A stretch of 64,000 bases of DNA from Verrucomicrobiota bacterium (GTDB lineage: Bacteria > Verrucomicrobiota > Verrucomicrobiia > Verrucomicrobiales > V1-33): assembly GCA_039795165.1 (NCBI GenBank), contig JBDKER010000008.1, forward strand, positions 64,053 to 128,052, in the 5' to 3' direction. How positions within the stretch are numbered: position 1 is the stretch's first letter; every line of letters begins with the position of its first letter. A model generated the notes under the pieces. That model made no database searches. It was not told where the DNA came from and saw only the letters and a program-made list of their open reading frames with translations. Shown one piece after another: positions 19,611 to 26,923 of the stretch. The position numbers were made by a program, and so were the translations under genes.

Positions 19611-19877
19611 GGCAGAAAAGATTTCAGAGTTGGCAGGGAAGAGAATAAAACTCCCTTGATATCAGGAGTGAGAAATTATCAGAAGTGATTTACATTCTTG
19701 CGCATCGAACGCAAGCAAATTCGTGAACTACGGCGATGCGTGGATTTATGGATTGACGGACGATCGGCTTTTCTGGCGTCATATCCCTGAATCGGGACGC
19801 CCCTGCATTACGGAACTCCTGGGACCCCGGAACCTTTCCCCTCACGCCCCCCACCACTCCCTGATCCATCCATTCCC

Positions 19878-22800
19878 ATGAAAGAATACCATCACACCTT
19901 CCCCGTGCTCGGGCTGCTCGCCGCGACTCTGGCGACGGCCGAAGCGGCGACCACGGTCTCGGCAGGCTCGGTCAGCCCTGTCCGCAGCCCCGATGATCTC
20001 GACCTCTCCGGCGACATCGTGTACGCAGTCAATTTCAGTCCGAATGACCCGGACCTGATCATCAAAGGGGTGACGTTTGTGCCGGATAGTGTGGCTCCGG
20101 GCGGATCCTTCTTCGTTCTTCCCAACACGGTGGCCCCATGGCAGGTGCGCCCGAATTTCGGGACTTCGGCGGACGCGGATGCGCTCGAGCAGGTATACGA
20201 AGACATCCGCTGGGCGAATGCCGTAGCCGGGCAGCAACTGGAAGCGCACTTTCCGGTGATTCCCGGACAAACCTACAAGGTTCAGGTCCTTGTCTACGGA
20301 AACGCCTCGGAAAACCGCCGCTGGGACATCTCCGTGGAAGGAGCCACCTCCGTGGATGAGTTCACGTCTCTCGGCATCTCTGCCCCCGGAACCTCACTGC
20401 CTCCCTACCGGAATGATACCGGTGTCGTCTTCACACAGCAGCTGACCGCGGGCGATGACACCCTCGACGTCGTCATGGGGAACCTCGACGGCGAATTCGA
20501 CGGCGGCGACCGCAACGCCATCTGGCAGGGCATCACCGTGGAACGGATCGTCCCCAGCGCAGACGACACCGATGGCGATGGCCTCCCGGACGCATGGGAA
20601 GCCCTCCACTTTTCCAGCCTTTCCCAGACATGGACCGGCGATCCCGATGGCGATGGCCTCATCAATGGCTCGGAACTCGCTCTCAAGACCATCCCGAGCA
20701 AAGCCGATACCGATGACGACGGCCTCAAGGACGGCGTGGAACTGACCTCGGGTTCGGACCCGCGCCTCGCAGACTCCGATGGCGACGGCCTCCCCGACGG
20801 CCCGGAAGTCCTCGTCTACGCGTCGAATCCCCTCCGCCCGGATACCGACCTCGATGGCCTGACCGATGGCGCAGAAGTCAATACGCACGGCACCAACCCG
20901 ACCGATCAGGACACGGACGATGACGACTACACCGACGGAATCGAAGTCGCCAACGGCACCAATCCGAAAAGCGCCAGCAGCTTCCCCCTCCTCAGCAGCC
21001 ACGGCAAAACCATTTTCGGCGGCGATGCCGGAGAGGGACTCGACCTCACCGGTACCTTCCTCCACGCCTTCAACGTCGGCACCAATGGCACCCCCGGAGC
21101 CGTCCGCGGCGTCAACTTCACGACCGACACGGAACCGGGTATCAGCGTGGTCGCTCCCAACCAGATCCCGGGATGGTCCGGAGTCCCCAATATGGGAGAC
21201 TCGCCAGACGACGACGCCCTCGAGCAGATGCTCTGGTCCATCCGCTACGGTTCCATCGTGACCGTCACTCTCAACGGCCTCACCCCCGGCAAACCCTACA
21301 AACTCCAGCTCCTCTTCCTCGAACGCTGCTGCCGCCGCGCCTGCGATGTCTACGTCGATGGAGAACTCAAGCTCGACGAATTCGCCCCCTACACCTACCA
21401 GACTGACTTCGGTGGCTCACAAGGAGCCGCTGCCGTCATCGGTTTCCTCGCCTCGGGAACTTCAACCACCATCCGGCTCGACGGCACCACCGTCACCACC
21501 CCGCTCTACAATGACCGCAGCCCACTCCTCTGCGGCGTCACCCTCGAAGCCGTCACCGGTGCCGACGCCGACGGCGATGGACTCGACGACCTCTGGGAAA
21601 TCAGCAACTTCGGCAACCTCGCCCAGAATGGCGCAGGCGACCCCGACAGCGATGGCCTCACCAACCTTCAGGAGAATTCCCTCGGCACCAATCCCAGCAA
21701 CCCGGACACGGATGCCGATGGCCTGACCGATGGAGCGGAAGTCGCCACCCACCGCACCAATCCCCGCAACCCAGACTCGGACTCGGATGGCCTCAGCGAC
21801 CAGTACGAAGTAGTCACCTCCGGCACCAATCCGAATAGCGCGGACACCGACGGCGATGGCTACAGCGACCGCAACGAAATCGCCGCAGGAACCAATCCCA
21901 CCGCCGCCGCCAGCTACCCGCTCTTCAGCGCGCTGGCCGATTCCTTCACCGGCGCCGATCCAGGCGAAGGCCTCGACCTCTCCGGCACCTTCCTCTACGC
22001 AGTGAACATCGGCAGCTCCGGAGCCGCTCCCGGCCCCGCCGGAGATGCCCTCTTCACCGATGAATTCCAACCCGGCATCTTCGTCAATACCATCAACGAA
22101 ATCCCGAACTGGTTCGCCCCAGCCTTCGGAGACTCGCCGGGCGACGATAACCTCGAGTTCGTCATGCAGTCGATCCGCTGGAGCCCAGCGCCCAATAAGC
22201 CATCGATCGACCTCTCGGGACTGGTGCCCGGGCGCGCCTACAAGCTCCAGCTCCTCTTCGCCGAAGCCTGCTGCGACGGCCGCGCCTTCGACATCGAAGT
22301 GGAAGGCATCGTCCGCATCGACGAATTCAATATCTCCCGCGCTCAGGGAGCCGTGAATCTCCAGTCGCGCGGAGCCGTCGCCACCATCGGCTTCGTCGCC
22401 ACCGACGACACCCTCAACATTGTCCTCAATGGCCAGGGCGTCTACGCCCCCTCAAACTGGGACCACAATCCCACCATAAGCGCCCTCACTCTTGAGCAAC
22501 TCGACCTCCCGGACACGGACGGCGACAGCCTCCCGGATGCATGGGAAATCCAGTTCCTCGGCAATCTCACTGCCGCCGGTTCCACGGACTCCGACGCCGA
22601 CGGCCGCACCAATTCCGCCGAATACCTCGCCGGCACCAACCCTGCCCGCGCCGACACCGACGGAGACGGCCTCAGCGACGGTGCCGAAGCAGGCCTCGCC
22701 ACAAACCCGCTCATCGCAGACACGGATGGCGATGACCTCCTCGACGGCGCAGAAACCTCCCGCGGCACGAACCCGCTCACGGCTGACACGGACGGCGATA

Positions 22801-23681
22801 CCTTCCCGGACGCAGCCGAAATCATCGGTGGATCGAATCCGCTCAGCCCAGCCAGCACTCCTGCACCCGCCACCGCTTCGGTGTTCACCGGAGGCGATGC
22901 CGGAGAAGGTCTCGACCTCGACGGCACCTTCCTCTACGCCTTCAACTTCGGTACCCCAGGGGCCGCCGGACCCGTCCGCGACGCGGTCTTCACCGCCGAT
23001 AACGCCCCCGGCATCGGCTTCTCCGCCCTCAACCAGATCCCGAACTGGCAGAACCCGGACTACGGCAGCTCGTCAGCCGACGACGCGGTCGAAAAGGTCA
23101 TGCAGTCAATCCGCTGGGCCGGCGCTCCCGACACGGTCCGCCTCCAGCTCGCCAACCTCCAGCCCGGTAAACGCTACAAGCTCCAGCTCCTCTTCCCGGA
23201 AACCGGCGGAGCCCGCGGCTTCGACGTGGTCGTGGAAGGCGGCATCGTGCTCGACGAATTCTTCCCCGGTGCCCTCCAGGGCCCCGTCGTCACTCAGGGC
23301 GCTCTCGTGACCTACGAGTTCACCGCACACGATTCCGTCCTGCGCATCGAACTCGACGGCAATGGAGCCGCCGCTCCGGACCGTAACCCGATCCTCGCTG
23401 GCCTCACGCTCGAAGCCCTCCCGGATAACCAGCCGGCCTCCCTCGTGATCGTCTCCTCCGGCCCCAGCGGTGTCCTCTTCCGCGTCACCGGTTCCCCGGG
23501 TGCCGTCTACAGCCTCGACTACAGCCCGTCACTCGCCCAGGGCACATGGACTCAGGCCCTCAGCGGCATCACCGTCGGACCCCAGGGATCCACAGACGTA
23601 ACCGACCCCGCCGCGGCCCACCGCGCACCTGCCTCCGGCTTCTGGCGCCTGCGCGATCCCGCCCTGCGGCCGCTGCCCTGA
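19878..23681 (+). CDS. secreted modular protein with 4 malectin-like carbohydrate-binding modules separated by thrombospondin type-3 (Ca-binding) repeat linkers
   Basis: 1267 aa with a signal peptide. Malectin-like signatures recur in each module (YKLQLLFAEACCDGRAFDIEVEG...DEFNI). Linkers are DTDGDGLxDxxE repeats. Confidence 0.75.
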   Translation: MKEYHHTFPVLGLLAATLATAEAATTVSAGSVSPVRSPDDLDLSGDIVYAVNFSPNDPDLIIKGVTFVPDSVAPGGSFFVLPNTVAPWQVRPNFGTSADADALEQVYEDIRWANAVAGQQLEAHFPVIPGQTYKVQVLVYGNASENRRWDISVEGATSVDEFTSLGISAPGTSLPPYRNDTGVVFTQQLTAGDDTLDVVMGNLDGEFDGGDRNAIWQGITVERIVPSADDTDGDGLPDAWEALHFSSLSQTWTGDPDGDGLINGSELALKTIPSKADTDDDGLKDGVELTSGSDPRLADSDGDGLPDGPEVLVYASNPLRPDTDLDGLTDGAEVNTHGTNPTDQDTDDDDYTDGIEVANGTNPKSASSFPLLSSHGKTIFGGDAGEGLDLTGTFLHAFNVGTNGTPGAVRGVNFTTDTEPGISVVAPNQIPGWSGVPNMGDSPDDDALEQMLWSIRYGSIVTVTLNGLTPGKPYKLQLLFLERCCRRACDVYVDGELKLDEFAPYTYQTDFGGSQGAAAVIGFLASGTSTTIRLDGTTVTTPLYNDRSPLLCGVTLEAVTGADADGDGLDDLWEISNFGNLAQNGAGDPDSDGLTNLQENSLGTNPSNPDTDADGLTDGAEVATHRTNPRNPDSDSDGLSDQYEVVTSGTNPNSADTDGDGYSDRNEIAAGTNPTAAASYPLFSALADSFTGADPGEGLDLSGTFLYAVNIGSSGAAPGPAGDALFTDEFQPGIFVNTINEIPNWFAPAFGDSPGDDNLEFVMQSIRWSPAPNKPSIDLSGLVPGRAYKLQLLFAEACCDGRAFDIEVEGIVRIDEFNISRAQGAVNLQSRGAVATIGFVATDDTLNIVLNGQGVYAPSNWDHNPTISALTLEQLDLPDTDGDSLPDAWEIQFLGNLTAAGSTDSDADGRTNSAEYLAGTNPARADTDGDGLSDGAEAGLATNPLIADTDGDDLLDGAETSRGTNPLTADTDGDTFPDAAEIIGGSNPLSPASTPAPATASVFTGGDAGEGLDLDGTFLYAFNFGTPGAAGPVRDAVFTADNAPGIGFSALNQIPNWQNPDYGSSSADDAVEKVMQSIRWAGAPDTVRLQLANLQPGKRYKLQLLFPETGGARGFDVVVEGGIVLDEFFPGALQGPVVTQGALVTYEFTAHDSVLRIELDGNGAAAPDRNPILAGLTLEALPDNQPASLVIVSSGPSGVLFRVTGSPGAVYSLDYSPSLAQGTWTQALSGITVGPQGSTDVTDPAAAHRAPASGFWRLRDPALRPLP
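19983..23420 (+). repeat. four-fold internal module repeat within the 19878-23681 CDS
   Basis: Modules lie at about nt 19983-20549, 21009-21554, 21939-22502 and 22881-23420. Modules 2-4 share TACAAGCTCCAGCTCCTCTTC and G(G/A)D(A/P)GEGLDL(T/S/D)GTFL(H/Y)A. TSP3 linkers lie at about 20559-20972, 21561-21905 and 22509-22832. Confidence 0.8.
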
Positions 23682-23728
23682 CCCAAATCAAAGGGTCCAA
23701 CCGGCCCCTCCCCTCCATCAACGCAAAA

Positions 23729-23764
23729 GCGGGTGCCACCGAAAGGCGGCACCCGCTTCTCTTT
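23729..23764. terminator. bidirectional intrinsic terminator between convergent genes
   Basis: Stem GCGGGTGCC/GGCACCCGC (23729-23737 / 23748-23756). Flanked by AAAA upstream and TTCTCTTT downstream. Confidence 0.6.
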
Positions 23765-23819
23765 GCTCGCTACTCTTTGCTGCCACCCAGCCCCGCACCA
23801 CCACCCAGCGGTCAGCGAA

Positions 23820-24215
23820 TCAGCGCAGGACGAAATCGTACACCCGCACTTCGCGGGCCAGTGGCTTCAATATCGTGTCAGCCGCCGCCCGGTGATCAGG
23901 ATGGTCAATGTACCGCTGCATGGCCGCCGCATCCGCAAAACGCATGCTGATGGCCACGTCGTAGCTGCTGTCAATGATAGGACGGTTCCCTGGCAGACAC
24001 TCGCCCACGGCCAGATCCTCCACCCCAGGAATGCGGCGGAATTCCTGCGCCGCCGCCAGGATCTTTTGACGCTGCACCGCATCACCCCTGTCCCGCAGCC
24101 ACACCAGCACCACATGCTGAATCTCGCCGGGCCGCGCCGCCGGCAGGTGCGAACACGAAGGTGCCAGCATCCCCAGCACAAACCCCAGCAGCAGAATGGC
24201 AGATCGTCGCTTCAT
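23820..24215 (-). CDS. Dabb (stress-responsive alpha/beta barrel) domain lipoprotein
   Basis: ATG at 24215 gives MKRRSAILLLGFVLGMLAPSC (lipobox). HVVLVWL...MRFADAAAMQRYIDHPDH is typical of the Dabb family. Confidence 0.7.
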   Translation of the reverse strand: MKRRSAILLLGFVLGMLAPSCSHLPAARPGEIQHVVLVWLRDRGDAVQRQKILAAAQEFRRIPGVEDLAVGECLPGNRPIIDSSYDVAISMRFADAAAMQRYIDHPDHRAAADTILKPLAREVRVYDFVLR

Positions 24216-24226
24216 GGCTGCGCAAC

Positions 24227-25336
24227 TCAGTAGATTTCCACCGGCGAACGCTTCCCGTCCTCCACCGAAAGCACCGCCGCCCGCTCTTCCCCAAGCGTGT
24301 CCACCCGCAGTTGCCACACTTGCTCATTGAGACGGTCAAACCGTTCCCGATCCCAGCGGTCCGGTGCCGCCATTCTCCGCTTGGCCCGCTCAATCCGCTC
24401 CAGCGCACGGTCAAGAACCGCATGCTCCAGCCCCTGCAGATGAACATGCGCCTGCTCCACCATCTCCACACGGTGACAGATCATCACCAGATCATTCCCG
24501 GCCCGCACCGCTTCCTGAATCGCCTGCGCAAAACTCACCTCATTCAGAATCGCCCCCATATCAAGATCGTCCGTCATCACCAGCCCATCATCGAAACCCA
24601 GCTGATCCCGCAGAAACCCCTGAATGATGTTCCGCGACAGACTGCTCGGCCAGCGCTCGCGGTCTGGATCGAAATCCGGAAACCACGCATGCCCGATCAT
24701 CATGGAATCAAGCTCACCCAGCAGCGCGGAAAACGGCATCACTTCCTCGGCCAGCAGTTCCTCCCGCGTCCGCCGGATCACCGGCAGATGCTCGTGAGGA
24801 TCCACATCGGCACTCCCATACGTCGGAAAATGCTTGCCGCACGAAAGCACGCCCTCCTTGCGCAGCGCCCGGTTGAAGACCCCCGCATTGCTGATCACTT
24901 CCTGCGGATTGCGCCCGTAACAACGACCCTTCAGCGAGTTGTCAGCCTGGTCATCATACGAAATGTCCAGCACCGGACACAGATCGAGATTGAACCCAAA
25001 CAGCCGCAGCAGCTGCCCCGTAAGCTGACCATGCCTCCGGATCAGCTCCGCATCCCCCTTGTCCCGCAGGGCCTGCGCATTCGGTGGTTCCTGCCCAATC
25101 AAGCGCAGCCGCGACACCCGCCCGCCTTCCTGATCAATCGTGATGAAAGGCTCGGTCGCAGACAGATCCCGCAGATCATCAATCAGCTTCCGCAGCTGCT
25201 CGGGCGACTGAATGTTCCTCCCGAAAAGGATAAACCCACCTGGCTGCAGCGCCCGGAAGCGCCGCGCCGTGTCGGCGTCCAGCTCAGGTCCGGGAACACC
25301 AGTGAGAAGAAGCTGTCCAATCTGTTGCGATTCCAT
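24227..25336 (-). CDS. nagZ: beta-N-acetylhexosaminidase (GH3, NagZ-like)
   Basis: QLLLTGVPG, GGFILFGRN, ITIDQEGGRVSRL, KHFPTYG, and MTDDLDMGA. Confidence 0.85.
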   Translation of the reverse strand: MESQQIGQLLLTGVPGPELDADTARRFRALQPGGFILFGRNIQSPEQLRKLIDDLRDLSATEPFITIDQEGGRVSRLRLIGQEPPNAQALRDKGDAELIRRHGQLTGQLLRLFGFNLDLCPVLDISYDDQADNSLKGRCYGRNPQEVISNAGVFNRALRKEGVLSCGKHFPTYGSADVDPHEHLPVIRRTREELLAEEVMPFSALLGELDSMMIGHAWFPDFDPDRERWPSSLSRNIIQGFLRDQLGFDDGLVMTDDLDMGAILNEVSFAQAIQEAVRAGNDLVMICHRVEMVEQAHVHLQGLEHAVLDRALERIERAKRRMAAPDRWDRERFDRLNEQVWQLRVDTLGEERAAVLSVEDGKRSPVEIY

Positions 25337-25382
25337 GAGGTGCAGTGCGGTTCAGGGGTAGTTCAGAGAAATAACATTGCGC

Positions 25383-26093
25383 TCATCCCGCAGCCGGCCC
25401 CGCGGCGGCATTCACACGCCGGTCTTCATGCAGCCGACCACCACGCAGCGCAATGATGCGACCCGTCCGCTCGGCCAGCGCCGCATCATGCGTCACAATC
25501 ACAAGGGTCGTGCCCGACTCCCGGTTAAGCGCAAAAAGCATGTCCTCGACGGTCTCTTTGGATTCCGCATCGAGATTGCCCGTCGGTTCGTCCGCAAAAA
25601 GAATCATCGGACGATGAATGAAGGCCCGCGCCAGCGCCGTCCGCTGCTGCTCTCCTCCACTCATCTGCACCGGAAAATGATCCATGCGGTGACCCAGCCC
25701 CACCTTCCCCAGCAACCCCTGCGCCAACCCACGGTCAGCCTTCTTCCCCTGCAGTTCCAGTGGCACCAGCACATTCTCCATCGCCGTGAGCGTCGGCAGC
25801 AACTGGAAGTTCTGAAACACAAACCCCACCTTCTCATTGCGCAGCCTCGCCCGCTCGTCCTCCCCAAGCCGGCCAAGATCTTCCCCGTCCAGCAGCACTC
25901 GACCCCCCGTCGGCACATCCAACCCAGCACACAAACCCAGCAGCGTCGACTTCCCACTCCCGGACGGCCCCGTCACCGCACATACCTCCCCACGCCCCAC
26001 GCCGAAACTCACCCGGTCCAGCACAGTAATCTCCCCGGCCGCCGTACGATGCGTCCGCGTAATCTCCTGAATGTCCAGCAACGGGCTCACCAT
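25383..26093 (-). CDS. ABC transporter ATP-binding protein (LolD/YbbA-like)
   Basis: Walker A GPSGSGKSTLL, signature MSGGEQQR, Walker B ILFADEPTGNLD. No permease gene is adjacent. Confidence 0.85.
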   Translation of the reverse strand: MVSPLLDIQEITRTHRTAAGEITVLDRVSFGVGRGEVCAVTGPSGSGKSTLLGLCAGLDVPTGGRVLLDGEDLGRLGEDERARLRNEKVGFVFQNFQLLPTLTAMENVLVPLELQGKKADRGLAQGLLGKVGLGHRMDHFPVQMSGGEQQRTALARAFIHRPMILFADEPTGNLDAESKETVEDMLFALNRESGTTLVIVTHDAALAERTGRIIALRGGRLHEDRRVNAAAGPAAG

Positions 26094-26223
26094 GGAACCC
26101 GCGCCCTATACCACTCCGCCCACCACGCAAAACGGAAATCCTCCCAGACACACCCCCGAATTTTCCCGCCTCACCAGTTGACACCCGCCTTCCTCCCTCT
26201 AGAAGTTCACTCCTGCGCCACCC

Positions 26224-26300
26224 GCACCCATAGCTCAACGGATTAGAGCATCTGACTACGGATCAGAAGGTTTTAGGTTCGAATCCTAATGGGTGCGCCA
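26224..26300 (+). tRNA. tRNA-Arg (anticodon ACG)
   Basis: Manual cloverleaf: acceptor GCACCCA/TGGGTGC, D arm GCTC..GAGC, anticodon arm TCTGA-CTACGGA-TCAGA, T arm TTAGG-TTCGAAT-CCTAA, encoded CCA. Confidence 0.95.
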
Positions 26301-26667
26301 GTTTCCAACTCCCCACACATCAACGGGTTGTGACGGTTTTCGAGGGCTCCGGAAGCCCCGTTTTCCACCCTGACAAATGCCCGTGGTGACAAACAGGGAG
26401 CCCGCTGCAGAACCCGGAGCGGGAGCGCGGCGAGCCATTTTCCCGACAGCTGGGCACGACGGTGGAGCACGTCGGCACCCTCGACCCGAGCGGCAACGAT
26501 GCCCCGCTGACAACGGGCCCCCACCCGCAGCGCATGCATCCCGGCACCATCCCCAAAACCATGCTTCTCGTCACTGGCAAACTCTCCCATCCGTTCCCAA
26601 TCCCGCTGCCTCATCTGGTTCCTCCTGCACCGGCACGCACGGCGCGCCCCGGAGAACCACCCGATCA

Positions 26668-26713
26668 GGGGTCAGTTCTAATTGTCGTCGGGGGTCAGTT
26701 TTAATTGTCGCCG
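26668..26713. repeat. tandem direct repeat, 2 x 23 bp (GGGGTCAGTTYTAATTGTCGYCG)
   Basis: 26668-26690 and 26691-26713 are identical at 21 of 23 positions. The repeat lies in a ~620-bp stretch without a convincing ORF, immediately downstream of tRNA-Arg. Confidence 0.9.
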
Positions 26714-26923
26714 GACACACGGGGACACCCGCGACAACACCCAGCACATCCAAATCCCTCCACAACATCAAGCCCACACCCGCTCCCGCTCCCGGTTTTT
26801 CATCAGGCTCCTGAGCCGGCAATTCCCCCGCCATCATCTTCCGGCACTACCGGGAACTGACCACCGAGGAGACGGCGAAGGAGTGGTTTGGGATTGGGAG
26901 GTGCTGAACCAGAGATTTCGGCT

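Noticed and set aside
24161-25456. 431-aa plus-strand ORF antisense to nagZ.
   Set aside because: It has a proline/arginine/histidine/glutamine-rich nonsense composition. The minus-strand NagZ reading frame carries all the GH3 motifs.
25383-26093. The lone LolD/YbbA-like ABC ATPase without an adjacent permease, considered as an anomaly.
   Set aside because: Separately encoded permease partners are common. Nothing in the sequence itself is unusual.
26273-26614. 113-aa minus-strand ORF (MRQRDWERMGEFASDEKHG...LRVGARCQRG...) next to tRNA-Arg, considered as an integrase or IS5-type transposase remnant.
   Set aside because: The resemblance to DUF4096/IS5 N-termini (..RTGCQWR..) is too weak and gappy to support by eye. 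No catalytic integrase or DDE motifs are present. It is left as unassigned DNA inside the finding on 26301-26923.
26668-26713. The short tandem repeats at 26668-26713 and 49641-49680, considered as CRISPR arrays.
   Set aside because: The units are directly adjacent with no spacers. There are only 2-4 copies, and no cas genes are present in the window.
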